A stretch of DNA of 64,000 nucleotides. It comes from Muribaculaceae bacterium (lineage in GTDB: Bacteria; Bacteroidota; Bacteroidia; Bacteroidales; Muribaculaceae). Positions within the stretch are counted from its first letter, which is position 1. Every line of letters begins with the position of its first letter. Below are positions 50,974-61,148 of the stretch, piece by piece. The position numbers and the translations under genes are program-made. Where the stretch lies: the NCBI GenBank assembly GCA_017621225.1, contig JAGATN010000008.1, positions 62,952 through 126,951 of the forward strand, given 5' to 3'. The notes under the pieces are model-generated. The model saw only the letters and a list, made by a program, of their open reading frames with translations. It searched no databases and had not been told where the DNA came from.

Positions 50974-52308
50974 ATGGAAGAAGGCAAATATATAATCGCG
51001 CTCGAAATTGGCAGCTCAAAAGTAAAAGGGGCTGTAGGTGTGATCGACCAAACCGGCACTTTGGCCATACAGGCCATCGAGGAAGAACCTCTGCTCGACC
51101 AAATGCATTATGGCCTGATACGCAACGTGGCCGGAGTGTCAAGCTCCACGTTACGCATAATACGCAAGCTTGAAAACAGAATCTCGCCACGCAAAATCGA
51201 ATCGGTTTACGTAGCCATAGGCGGACGCTCCTTCTGCTCGATGCCCCGCGAAGCCGAACAGCACTTGGGAGCTCCGGTCGAAATTTCACGCGAAATGATC
51301 GAGCAGCTGAAGCAGCAGGTGCTTGCCACTTTCTCCATTACCGACAAGGAGATACTCAAGGTAGTGCCCCGCGAGTTCATCGTTGACCGCGTAAGGGCCG
51401 AACACCCCATAGGCACGCTCGGATCGCACATCAGAATGATGGCCAACGTCATCACTTGCCGCAAAGAGATAAAGCGCAATCTCGAAATTTCGATCAACGA
51501 CAAGCTCGGCCTCAAAATCAACGACTTCATAGTGCGTCAGATAGCCGAAGCCGACTTCGTGCTCACGCCCGACGAAAAGCGACTGGGATGCATGCTCGTG
51601 GATTTCGGTGCCGAAACCACCACGGTGTCGATATACAAGCACGGGCGCATGCAATACATGGCAACGCTGCCTTTGGGATCGCGCAACATAACCCGCGACC
51701 TCACCCATCTGCACCAAACCGAAGAACAAGCCGAAGAAATGAAGAAGCGCCACGGCAATGCGCTGCGCGTTCAGCATGACCAAAACTCTACCGACGGCGT
51801 TGATTTAAGCGAAATGAATCATTACGTGGCCAGCAGAGCGGGCGAAATAATAGCCAACATCATACAGCAGATAAAATTGGCCGGACTGACGGCAAACGAA
51901 CTTCCATCGGGCATAATTATAGTGGGCAAGGGCGCAAAGCTCAACGGCTTCAACCAACGCCTGTCGGAAGAATCGAAACTGAAGGTGCGCAGCGGAAGCG
52001 TGACAAACGGCATAGTGCGCATATCCGACAGCCGCATATCGTCGTCTGACTCGGTCGACATAATATCGACGCTTTACGCCGTGTCGCGCATGGACCCCGT
52101 GGAATGCCTCACTCAACTGGAACCGGAACCGGAGCCCGAACCGATAATCCCCGAGCCGGAGCCCGAACCCGAACCGGAACCCGCACCGGCACCCAAGCCC
52201 GCGAAAAAAAGATGGATGGATTCGTTACGCCAAAACATAGTCAAACTGATGTCGGATCCCGATCCCGACGAGCTTGACGACGAGCTGACCGACGACGAGG
52301 ACAATTAA
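50974..52308 (+). CDS. ftsA: Cell division protein FtsA
   Basis: LEIGSSKV, LVDFGAETT, LGSRNIT and IIIVGKGAKL actin-fold motifs. Confidence 0.92.
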   Translation: MEEGKYIIALEIGSSKVKGAVGVIDQTGTLAIQAIEEEPLLDQMHYGLIRNVAGVSSSTLRIIRKLENRISPRKIESVYVAIGGRSFCSMPREAEQHLGAPVEISREMIEQLKQQVLATFSITDKEILKVVPREFIVDRVRAEHPIGTLGSHIRMMANVITCRKEIKRNLEISINDKLGLKINDFIVRQIAEADFVLTPDEKRLGCMLVDFGAETTTVSIYKHGRMQYMATLPLGSRNITRDLTHLHQTEEQAEEMKKRHGNALRVQHDQNSTDGVDLSEMNHYVASRAGEIIANIIQQIKLAGLTANELPSGIIIVGKGAKLNGFNQRLSEESKLKVRSGSVTNGIVRISDSRISSSDSVDIISTLYAVSRMDPVECLTQLEPEPEPEPIIPEPEPEPEPEPAPAPKPAKKRWMDSLRQNIVKLMSDPDPDELDDELTDDEDN

Positions 52309-52346
52309 AACAATCACACACCCCGAATAAAAAAGATCAACTACAT

Positions 52347-53678
52347 ATGAGCGATGAATTAGACATGGATTCGTTGGCAAACAAATTTGAATCGCCAAGC
52401 GAGTCGGACGATAAAGACACGATAATAAAGGTCATCGGCGTGGGTGGCGGCGGCAACAATGCCGTAAACCACATGTACCGCCAGGGCATAAAGAACGTGT
52501 CGTTTGTTGTGTGCAACACCGACCGTCAAGCCCTCATACACTCACCCGTGCCCACCCAGGTGCAAATAGGCAACGGCCTCGGAGCGGGCAACAAACCTGA
52601 AGTGGCCAAAGAGGCAGCCGAAAAGGACATTGAAAAAATCGAAGCGCTGTTTCAGGACAACACCAAAATGGTGTTCATCACGGCCGGGATGGGCGGCGGC
52701 ACCGGAACGGGCGCGAGCCCGGTGGTGGCGCGCGTGGCCAAGGAGCGCGGATTGCTTACCATCGGCATCGTAACGATACCGTTTGCATTCGAAGGTCCGC
52801 GAAAAATCATGAAGGCCATAAAGGGCGCACAGGAAGTGGCAAAGTATGTCGACGCCCTGCTTGTGATAAACAACGAAACGCTTACCGACATATACGGCGA
52901 CCTCGACTTCATCAATGCCTTCGGCAAAGCTGACGACACGCTGTCGACGGCAGCCAGCTCGATATCCGAGCTCATCACCGCCCAAGGATACATGAACCTC
53001 GACTTCCACGACGTCGACACCACACTGCGCGGTGGCGGAGCAGCCGTGATTTCGACCGGCTTCGGCGAAGGCGACCATCGCGTAAGCAAGGCCATTGCCG
53101 ACGCGCTCAACTCGCCCCTACTCAAGCACCGCGACATTGAGGGCTCGAAGAAGCTGCTGTTTAACATCTACTTCTCGCGCACGGCCGAAAACCAATTCGT
53201 CATGAGCGAAGCCAAGGAACTCACCGACTTCGTAAGCCAGATAGACTCGGATGTCGACGTGATATGGGGAGCAACCTTCGACGACTCGCTCGGCGAGAAA
53301 GTAAAGATAACCATACTTGCCGCCGGATTCGACGTTACCATAAGCAACGATGACGACGACACGAATGCCAACTCAAAGAGCGCACAGCGACTCACCACCA
53401 CCATCAACGACAATCGCAAGCCGGCGGTGCAGAAGCCTTCGGAAGTAGAGCTCATGCGCGAACTTTACGGCGACAAAATCGACGATCTGAGAGTGAACTA
53501 CATAGTGCTTACGCCCGAACAGATGGACGACGACTCGGTGGTAGAAGTGCTGGAGAAAAGCCCCGCATACAATCGCGACCGCAAGACCGTGGAAAATCTC
53601 AGAACCAAGAGCACCGTGACTCAGCGTAGTTACAACGACAATTCACTTAACCCCGGAAACGTGATCGACTTCGATTGA
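52347..53678 (+). CDS. ftsZ: Cell division protein FtsZ
   Basis: GVGGGGNNAV, AGMGGGTGTG and NLDFHDV motifs. Confidence 0.98.
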   Translation: MSDELDMDSLANKFESPSESDDKDTIIKVIGVGGGGNNAVNHMYRQGIKNVSFVVCNTDRQALIHSPVPTQVQIGNGLGAGNKPEVAKEAAEKDIEKIEALFQDNTKMVFITAGMGGGTGTGASPVVARVAKERGLLTIGIVTIPFAFEGPRKIMKAIKGAQEVAKYVDALLVINNETLTDIYGDLDFINAFGKADDTLSTAASSISELITAQGYMNLDFHDVDTTLRGGGAAVISTGFGEGDHRVSKAIADALNSPLLKHRDIEGSKKLLFNIYFSRTAENQFVMSEAKELTDFVSQIDSDVDVIWGATFDDSLGEKVKITILAAGFDVTISNDDDDTNANSKSAQRLTTTINDNRKPAVQKPSEVELMRELYGDKIDDLRVNYIVLTPEQMDDDSVVEVLEKSPAYNRDRKTVENLRTKSTVTQRSYNDNSLNPGNVIDFD

Positions 53679-53704
53679 CAATCTAGAGACAAGACAACAC
53701 ATAG

Positions 53705-53743
53705 CACGCCCGCAGCTTCAATGTATCGTGAGTTGCGGGCGTG
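53705..53743. terminator. Hairpin between convergent ftsZ and rnhB
   Basis: Stem CACGCCCGCAGCT / AGTTGCGGGCGTG; U-tract is weak. Confidence 0.55.
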
Positions 53744-53766
53744 TCGTATATTATCTTCGTAACGGG

Positions 53767-54384
53767 TCAGAACAGCGTCAGCTGATTGTCAAGCAGCTTA
53801 AACGACATGCGGTGGTAAGGCGTGGGGCCATATTGCCTTATGGCATTGCGGTGGTCGACCGTAGGATAACCCTTGTTTACATTCCATCCGTATTGCGGAT
53901 ATTCGTCGTGGAGCTTACACATATATTCGTCGCGATGGGTCTTGGCCAGTATGGAAGCGGCGGCTATGTTGCCATATTTGCCGTCGCCCTTCACCACCGT
54001 CACATAAGGCACGTCGTGATAGGGCTTGAATCGGTTACCGTCAACCAATATGTGTCGGGGCTTTACGTCAAGACCGTCGAGAGCCTTGTGCATCGCCAGA
54101 ATCGACGCATTGAGGATGTTTATGCCATCTATCTCGTGATTATCGACCATTGCCACGCACCAGGCCAGGGCCGACGACTCAATGACGGCGCGGAGCTCGT
54201 TTCGCCGACGCTCCGAAAGCTGCTTCGAATCATTAAGCCACGGATGCTCAAAATCGTCGGGCAACACTACCGCAGCCGCGAAAACCGGACCGGCCAGACA
54301 ACCTCGGCCCGCCTCGTCGCAACCGGCCTCGCACACGCCCGACATCATGCCACGCGGAAGCGGATTAGATTTTTTCAAAGCCAT
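53767..54384 (-). CDS. rnhB: Ribonuclease HII
   Basis: GCDEAGRGCLAGPV, LNDSKQL, LVDGN, IAAASILAK and GYPT motifs. Confidence 0.96.
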   Translation of the reverse strand: MALKKSNPLPRGMMSGVCEAGCDEAGRGCLAGPVFAAAVVLPDDFEHPWLNDSKQLSERRRNELRAVIESSALAWCVAMVDNHEIDGINILNASILAMHKALDGLDVKPRHILVDGNRFKPYHDVPYVTVVKGDGKYGNIAAASILAKTHRDEYMCKLHDEYPQYGWNVNKGYPTVDHRNAIRQYGPTPYHRMSFKLLDNQLTLF

Positions 54385-54402
54385 ATTTTGATATTGTGGG
54401 TG

Positions 54403-55113
54403 TCATTCCACGAAACCGTAACCAAATCCCTGTCGATTGATTATGTTTCGGCCATATGCACCGATTTTTTTGCGCAGACGCGAAATGTTGGTGTCGATGG
54501 TTCGGTCGGATACCGACCCTTCATCCCACACCTCATGCTGAATTTCGGAACGGTCGAAAAACTGATTTCTATTGCGCATAAGCATGGCGAGTATCAGAAA
54601 TTCGGTTTTTGAAAGCGATATGGCCTCATTGTCGATAAGAACCACACCCGAACCCAAGTCGACCGACAGTCCGCGATAATTAAGCTCATTGTTCATCCGT
54701 CGATGGAGCGTGACGCGCCTACGCCTTATTATCGACTTAACCCTTGCTATCAGCTCACGCGACGAAAAAGGCTTGGGCAAAAAATCGTCGGCACCGGCAT
54801 CAAGCGCGGCCACTACGTCATCTTCACCGGCCTTTGCCGTAATCATCATCAATGACACATTGTAAGTCTCGGGATTCTGCTTTACGGCTTTTATGAATTT
54901 TATGCCATCGTATTCGGTGCCCATCAGATCGACGAGTACCAGTGAAAAATCAGCAATCGGCATCTTGAAGGCGCTTTCGGCCGAATGAGCTATCGCAACA
55001 TCGTAACCCTCATTCTCGAACTTATATTGCAAAAGTTCGCACATCATCACCTCTGCATCGACAATGAGAATGCGAACAGAGGACGAATTGTTGCTTTGAG
55101 GTTGATTCATCAA
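54403..55113 (-). CDS. OmpR/PhoB-family response regulator
   Basis: Receiver domain (LVD, TAK, GADD..KPF) plus winged helix (EFLIL..RTIDTNISRLRKKI..GFGY). Confidence 0.92.
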   Translation of the reverse strand: MMNQPQSNNSSSVRILIVDAEVMMCELLQYKFENEGYDVAIAHSAESAFKMPIADFSLVLVDLMGTEYDGIKFIKAVKQNPETYNVSLMMITAKAGEDDVVAALDAGADDFLPKPFSSRELIARVKSIIRRRRVTLHRRMNNELNYRGLSVDLGSGVVLIDNEAISLSKTEFLILAMLMRNRNQFFDRSEIQHEVWDEGSVSDRTIDTNISRLRKKIGAYGRNIINRQGFGYGFVE

Positions 55114-55260
55114 TAGATCAGGTTACGTTTACAAATTATCGCACCACCAAAGATGCGTCGAATCTTTCAATGCAAAAATAAGAATTATCATGATAATGTT
55201 GCCTTATGACAACACATTTGTATCATCTTTGTGACCGATTTTTTATATGTAATTAAATTG

Positions 55261-57084
55261 TCACCTGACAATGGCATTACGGAATTGTTCTCTTATGGTA
55301 TCAACCACATTTATTATGTAGTCGCCGGTCTTTTCGAGATCGGAAATAAGGTCCATGTAATATATTCCGGCCTGATATTCGTAATGCTTGCTGTTGATGT
55401 TTTCGATGTTTGCCGTGCGCAGCTGATTCCTGAAATTGTTTATCTCACGCTCACGATTGTACGACACTATAATTTCGGCTTCGCGCACATGCTCCATATT
55501 GCGCAGCAATCCGAGCATATTGTCCATGGCGCTTTTCACGTAGTCGAACATTATGTCGATGTTGTCGTATATCTCATCGCTGAACGACACGTGGCTCTGC
55601 TGCTTGCGTATCATTATCTTGCCGGCGCCGAGACAGCAGTCGGCAATGCTTTCTATTTCGCTGACGATGCGCAGCATCGCGGCAATGCGCAGCTTACCTT
55701 CATTTGACAGTCGGCCTTCCGAACAGCGGTTAAGGTAATGCGCAATCTCGAGCTCCATCCGGTCGGATATGTCCTCGTACTTTTCAAGTCTTGAGAACAA
55801 CTGGGCAAAATCCTCGTTTTCCTCCTTTATGTGCACCAGCTCTTTGGCCATATCGATCATCCGCGACACGCGGTCGGCATATACGGTGATTTCTTTTTCG
55901 GCCTGGGCTATGTTGAGTTCGGATGCATTGAGCAGACCGCCGGAGATGAACTTCAACTGGAATTCTTCGTCCTCCTTGTGCTTTGCCGGTACCAGACGCT
56001 CCACTATGCGAACATAGAGCTTCGTAAGCCATATCATCACCGACAGATTTATGAGGTTGAACACGGTATGGAATATCGACAAACCTATCGACACGCTTTG
56101 CTGCAGATGCGCCACCTTTACGGCTACCTCGTGGCCGTCGGGGAGCGAATTGTCGAACAGATGGTCGTAGACCTGAGGCTGAGTGGCCTCAATGTGATTT
56201 ACGTATCCGGCCAAGGCGGTAGGGTCGCCCTGACCCAACACCTCGGTAATCCATACGTTAAGGTTTACGAACGGGAAGAATATGCACAACACCCATAACG
56301 TGCCGAGCAGATTGAACAACAAGTGCCCCATTGCCGTTCGTTTCGCCGCAACGTTTCCGCTCATCGATGCCAGAATTGGGGTTATCGTAGTGCCTATGTT
56401 GCTGCCAAGCACCAACGCACATGAAAGGTCGAAGTCAATCCAACCCTTGCTACACATGATAAGCGTGATGGCAAAGGTGGCTGCCGACGACTGTATGATC
56501 ATGGTAAGCACTATGCCCACCAGAAGGAATATCAACACCGATGCATATCCCATTGATGCGTAATGCTCCAAAAACGCAAACATTTCGGGATTGCTCTGCA
56601 AGTCGGGCACATATTTGCTTATCAGGTCGAGGCCCATGAACAGGAAGGCAAAACCTATCAAAAATTCACCTATCGACTTATTGCGACTCTTTTTGGTAAA
56701 CAACAATGGTATTGCAAGGCCAATCATCGGCAATACGAACATCGACACATTGACCTTGAACCCGAACAACGCTATCACCCAGGCGGTAAACGTCGTTCCG
56801 ACGTTTGCACCCATAATTACAGCCATTGACTGAGCAAGCGACATCAACCCGGCGTTCACGAAGCTGACCACCATTACCGTCGAAGCCGACGAGCTCTGAA
56901 TAAGGGCCGTTATGAGACATCCGGTCAGAGTTCCGGTAAATCTGTTTCGGGTCATGGCCGAAAGAATGTTTCTCAATCGGTCACCGGCAGCCTTTTGCAG
57001 GCCTTCACTCATGACCTTCATTCCGTAAAGGAACAAACCTACGGCACCCAACAGCCCTAAGAAGTCTAAAAAACTGTAACTCAT
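55261..57084 (-). CDS. Na/Pi cotransporter family protein with PhoU-like domain
   Basis: IQSSSASTV..GANVGTT repeated as IQSSAAT..GSNIGTT; cytoplasmic PhoU-like tail. Confidence 0.92.
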   Translation of the reverse strand: MSYSFLDFLGLLGAVGLFLYGMKVMSEGLQKAAGDRLRNILSAMTRNRFTGTLTGCLITALIQSSSASTVMVVSFVNAGLMSLAQSMAVIMGANVGTTFTAWVIALFGFKVNVSMFVLPMIGLAIPLLFTKKSRNKSIGEFLIGFAFLFMGLDLISKYVPDLQSNPEMFAFLEHYASMGYASVLIFLLVGIVLTMIIQSSAATFAITLIMCSKGWIDFDLSCALVLGSNIGTTITPILASMSGNVAAKRTAMGHLLFNLLGTLWVLCIFFPFVNLNVWITEVLGQGDPTALAGYVNHIEATQPQVYDHLFDNSLPDGHEVAVKVAHLQQSVSIGLSIFHTVFNLINLSVMIWLTKLYVRIVERLVPAKHKEDEEFQLKFISGGLLNASELNIAQAEKEITVYADRVSRMIDMAKELVHIKEENEDFAQLFSRLEKYEDISDRMELEIAHYLNRCSEGRLSNEGKLRIAAMLRIVSEIESIADCCLGAGKIMIRKQQSHVSFSDEIYDNIDIMFDYVKSAMDNMLGLLRNMEHVREAEIIVSYNREREINNFRNQLRTANIENINSKHYEYQAGIYYMDLISDLEKTGDYIINVVDTIREQFRNAIVR

Positions 57085-57186
57085 ATCTTATTTATAAGGT
57101 GATTTCGTTAACAAAGCATTACAATTGCAAAGATAAGACAAATATTCGATAATCAAATATGTCGAACATTTGATAAACGCATGTTA

Positions 57187-57564
57187 TCAATCATATAAAT
57201 GAAACATACGTTCCATCGGTTGCCACTTTTCGGCCGACGAAGCGCCTTCGTCAGCTTGTTGGAAGGATGCCATATAGTCCTCCCATTCTTGTTGGCGCGG
57301 GAGCGTTGCGAGTTTCGCCATGGCCGAATCCCAGTCAAAGTCGGCAGGCGTTTCAACTATCATGAACAGTTGCGTGCCGCATATGTATATCTCCATTTCC
57401 AGAATGCCCACGCTGCGTATGCCGTCGAGAATTTCGCGCCACACGTTGCCCTCCTCATGGCGCCGACGATATTCGGCAATGAGATTTTCGTTGTCGCGCA
57501 GCGACAAGGCACGGCAATAACGCTTCACATCACATCCATATCGTTTTACATCATACCCTTCCAT
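57187..57564 (-). CDS. L-rhamnose mutarotase family protein
   Basis: IAEYRRRHEE..VWREILDGIRSVGILEMEIY..WEDYM..ERMF. Confidence 0.85.
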   Translation of the reverse strand: MEGYDVKRYGCDVKRYCRALSLRDNENLIAEYRRRHEEGNVWREILDGIRSVGILEMEIYICGTQLFMIVETPADFDWDSAMAKLATLPRQQEWEDYMASFQQADEGASSAEKWQPMERMFHLYD

Positions 57565-57591
57565 GCTCTCGGTAATTTATCGTTTGAATAC

Positions 57592-59208
57592 TCATTGTGC
57601 TTTCGGACGAGCCGACTTATTGGGATTGCTGTCGCGATAACGGGCCAAGTCGTCGAAAAGCTCGTTAAGGTTTATTGCGTCCTTATCGCGAAGCTTGCGG
57701 AGCTGGCGCTCGTTCGATCGCTGCACCGGAGTGGAATATGCCTGCCATAGCAAATCGATCACTTTGATGGCTTTTGCATTGGTGGCAACCGGAGTGGCAA
57801 AGTAGTCGGATTCGGCAAGAGCCTTTATGTTGCCTTTTGAAAAGAGGTCGAAAAACGATTTGTATTTCTCGGATTTCAAATCGGCTCTACGCCACACCAC
57901 GTTTTCATTCAAATATTTCAAGTCGGCCTTTTCGGCTTCGCCCGACTCCACGGCACTCGGTTGCGCTACAACCGCCACTACGGTGGTGTCGGCTTTCAAC
58001 GAATCGGTTGCCACACTGTCTGAAACCACCTCGACCGGGGTTGAAGCCACGAAATCGGGAACCGAATCGTGCGCCACTATTTCTTCGGCATCGGCTCGTT
58101 CATATTCCGACGTCGGCCCGATGATGTCGGGGAGGAAACGCACTATGGCCCATCCGCATCCCAAAGCCAACAATATGCCCAACAAGGCCACCGGCCAATG
58201 CGACCGGCGCTTTTTCGCGCGCGAATGCCCTGCCTTTTCGGTTGCAACGGGTTCGTCGTGCTTTTCGGTGTCGGAGTCGGCCGATGCTCTTTCGACGGTA
58301 AAATCCATACGCGCCGGATGCATCTCTATCCTAAAAGTGTGTGGAGTATCGAGCTTCACGGCCTTGAAACCGTGGAACGACCCGGAATGCAGCCTGTTGT
58401 ATTCGCTTGACGTCGGTACGAAATCTATCGTCTCGCGAAACATACGTCCGTCGCCGAAGTCGAGCAAAAGCGTGGTCTTTATCACTTTGACGGTACGGCT
58501 TCTGAATTCCACTTTAGCATCGGCGGCGTTTTTCACGAGCAGGAACGGCGCCTCATAGTCGGCGTAACGCGAGCTTTGTCCACGAGCCACGAATTCGGTG
58601 CACACGTCGTTATAGCCCTGAGCGCTATAATCGAGTTCGACCACGTCGCCCGAAACGGCCTCACCGCTCGATATCTTGACATCATCGGGGGCAACGATGA
58701 AAAATCGTCGCTCCATGGCGCTCACCAATCGCTCGATGGAGCAATCGGGGCGCACGTTTGCAGTGGCCTCCACGATTACGACGCGGCCTACATTTTCGTA
58801 AGCCGGCTGCTGGGGATAAGCAAAGAGTTCAACTACGTCGGCCGTCGACATATAAGTGCGATAGCACGTTCCGGCACCTGATAGAGTGGACTGATATTTA
58901 CGCTCGGGCACATCGCATACGCCCGATGCCTTTATGGTTTCCATCAATTCTCCGTCGGTCATGGCCGGCGAAGAAGCTATTTTGTCGAGCAACGACAGGA
59001 TGCGGTCGGCCGGCAAAGCCACGAAATCCCTAACCGTAATGTCGACGCAGAACGAGCCGGCGGCATCTTCTCCAAAGCGAGAGTAGCGCAACCCAGACTC
59101 ATCGCCCGACAACATATAACATTCCGTGACGTTAAGAAAGCAATCAGATGCCACGAACTCCGGATTACGGGTCACTGACACCGTCAGCTTTTCATATGTT
59201 ATTGACAT
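57592..59208 (-). CDS. Hypothetical bitopic membrane protein
   Basis: 538-aa ORF with its own TATTTTTG promoter motif (59236-59243) and a single TM (WPVALLGILLALGCGWAIV). No family recognised. Confidence 0.7.
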   Translation of the reverse strand: MSITYEKLTVSVTRNPEFVASDCFLNVTECYMLSGDESGLRYSRFGEDAAGSFCVDITVRDFVALPADRILSLLDKIASSPAMTDGELMETIKASGVCDVPERKYQSTLSGAGTCYRTYMSTADVVELFAYPQQPAYENVGRVVIVEATANVRPDCSIERLVSAMERRFFIVAPDDVKISSGEAVSGDVVELDYSAQGYNDVCTEFVARGQSSRYADYEAPFLLVKNAADAKVEFRSRTVKVIKTTLLLDFGDGRMFRETIDFVPTSSEYNRLHSGSFHGFKAVKLDTPHTFRIEMHPARMDFTVERASADSDTEKHDEPVATEKAGHSRAKKRRSHWPVALLGILLALGCGWAIVRFLPDIIGPTSEYERADAEEIVAHDSVPDFVASTPVEVVSDSVATDSLKADTTVVAVVAQPSAVESGEAEKADLKYLNENVVWRRADLKSEKYKSFFDLFSKGNIKALAESDYFATPVATNAKAIKVIDLLWQAYSTPVQRSNERQLRKLRDKDAINLNELFDDLARYRDSNPNKSARPKAQ

Positions 59209-59450
59209 TTTATATTCAATTTATGATTAACACTACAAAAATAATCATTATTAACAACAATACAACACACAATTCATCAACAAAAGCCTTGACATGACAA
59301 AAAATTTGCGATTTTTTTTGCGAAACGCGCCAAAATCGACATCCTGATTCATAACCGGATTTTCGGTCATTGAAACAAAAAAACGTGCCGTGTCAAAAAA
59401 TTTAGCTATTTTTACGTTCTATTTATCACCATCTACCTCAATTCAAGCTT

Positions 59451-60491
59451 ATGAAACGTTTTTTGACCTTCGCATTAATTCTATTTTCGTTGGCGCTGAA
59501 CACGCTGGCCAATGATGACAAAAAGGAATTCGTAATATTCGGAGTTGCATTTTACAACCTCGAAAATCTTTTCGACACCATAAACGACAACGGCAAATAC
59601 GACCTTGAATTCTCGCCACAGGGCTCGAGAAAATGGAATAGCGAAAAATATTGGTCGAAAATCAACAATCTGGCCACGGCAATGGCACATATGACTACCC
59701 CCACCACCCCGATGGGGCCGGCCATAATAGGCGTATCGGAAATAGAAAACAAGTCGGTGCTCGACGACCTCGTGAATGCCGAGCCGATAAAATCGCGCAA
59801 CCTCGCAGTGGTGCATCACGATTCGCCCGACCGTCGCGGCGTGGACGTGGGCTTGCTGTACGACCCGCAGCTGTTCGAAGTAACCAACGTAACCAATCAC
59901 CGACTCGTAATTGAGTCGGAACCTACGTTTCTGACGCGCGACCAAATGTGCGTATCGGGAGTGCTCGGCGGCGAACCGATAAGCATAATCGTAAACCACT
60001 GGCCGTCACGCCTCGGCGGACAGGAACGATCAGCACACCTGAGAAAAGCCGCCGCCCTGTTGAGCAAATATATAGCCGACTCGATATGGGCCGTCAACCC
60101 CAATCAGGGCGTAATAATAATGGGCGACCTCAACGATGATCCGCAAAACGCATCATGCGCCGAAGTGCTTGGAGCAAAGAAAAGGGAAAAAGGCGTTGCC
60201 GCGCATGGATTTTTCAATCCCTGGTGGGAGGTGCTCGACAATGGCATAGGCACGCTCACCTACAAAGGGGAGTGGAATCTGTTTGACCAGATAATAGTAA
60301 GCGGCACCCTGCTGCAACAAAACGGCGCACGCCTGCAATACTGGAAATGTCAGGTGAACAACTTCGACTTCCTAAGATCAAAAGAGCCAAACTATTACGG
60401 CCATCCGCTGCGCACGTATGCCGGCGGAAAATTTCTCAACGGGTATTCCGACCACTTCCCCACCGAGATATTCCTGATGAAAGAGAAATGA
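59451..60491 (+). CDS. Secreted endonuclease/exonuclease/phosphatase-family protein
   Basis: Signal peptide; FYNLENLFD, GVSEIEN, NHWPSR, MGDLND, FDQI and SDHFP motifs. Confidence 0.9.
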   Translation: MKRFLTFALILFSLALNTLANDDKKEFVIFGVAFYNLENLFDTINDNGKYDLEFSPQGSRKWNSEKYWSKINNLATAMAHMTTPTTPMGPAIIGVSEIENKSVLDDLVNAEPIKSRNLAVVHHDSPDRRGVDVGLLYDPQLFEVTNVTNHRLVIESEPTFLTRDQMCVSGVLGGEPISIIVNHWPSRLGGQERSAHLRKAAALLSKYIADSIWAVNPNQGVIIMGDLNDDPQNASCAEVLGAKKREKGVAAHGFFNPWWEVLDNGIGTLTYKGEWNLFDQIIVSGTLLQQNGARLQYWKCQVNNFDFLRSKEPNYYGHPLRTYAGGKFLNGYSDHFPTEIFLMKEK

Positions 60492-60511
60492 ATCGCTGAA
60501 GAAAATGGTCG

Positions 60512-61111
60512 TCATCCGTGGCGGCGCAGAAGTTCACGTTCGACGTCGGCAAACGTGCATCCCATCTGCTCAAGCAAAACGAGCAGGTGATAAACCAAGT
60601 CGGATGCTTCGTACATGAATCGGTCGCGATTACCATCGACGGCCTCCACCACCGTCTCCACGGCTTCTTCGCCCACTTTCTGCGCTATCTTCTTCACGCC
60701 CTTTATGAACAGGCGCGTGGTATATGAATTTTCGGGCATCTCGGCATGACGACGCGCTATGAAAGCCGACAGCTCCCTCACAAATCCGTCGGATTCGGGA
60801 GTGTCGAAACATGCCACCGTGCCGCGATGGCACGTCGGGCCATGCGGATGCGCCTTGACAAGGAGCGTGTCCATGTCGCAATCGGCATACATATCCACGA
60901 CGTCGAGATAATTGCCGCTCGTTTCGCCCTTTGTCCACAACGTATTGCGGCTACGGCTGAAGAATGTCACCTTTCCGCTCGACACGGTAAGGTCGAACGC
61001 CTCACGGTTCATATATCCGAGCATAAGCACTCTGAGCGTGGTTGCGTCCTGTATCACGACAGGCAGAAGCCCGTCGGCACATTTATCGAGTTTGAAATCG
61101 TCGAAAGTCAT
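60512..61111 (-). CDS. hisIE: Phosphoribosyl-AMP cyclohydrolase / phosphoribosyl-ATP pyrophosphatase
   Basis: WTKGETSGN, DCDMDTLL, CHRG, SYTTRLF and KVGEEAVE motifs. Confidence 0.96.
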   Translation of the reverse strand: MTFDDFKLDKCADGLLPVVIQDATTLRVLMLGYMNREAFDLTVSSGKVTFFSRSRNTLWTKGETSGNYLDVVDMYADCDMDTLLVKAHPHGPTCHRGTVACFDTPESDGFVRELSAFIARRHAEMPENSYTTRLFIKGVKKIAQKVGEEAVETVVEAVDGNRDRFMYEASDLVYHLLVLLEQMGCTFADVERELLRRHG

Positions 61112-61148
61112 CTTAGGGGTTGTTTCTGTTTTGTTTTTACATCATTCG

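Noticed and set aside
38669-53678. Absence of murF/ddl and of the canonical FtsZ C-terminal peptide
   Set aside because: Both are usual for Bacteroidales, so they are not unusual here.
53728-54612. 294-aa plus-strand ORF
   Set aside because: Antisense to rnhB and the response regulator, which both have clear motifs.
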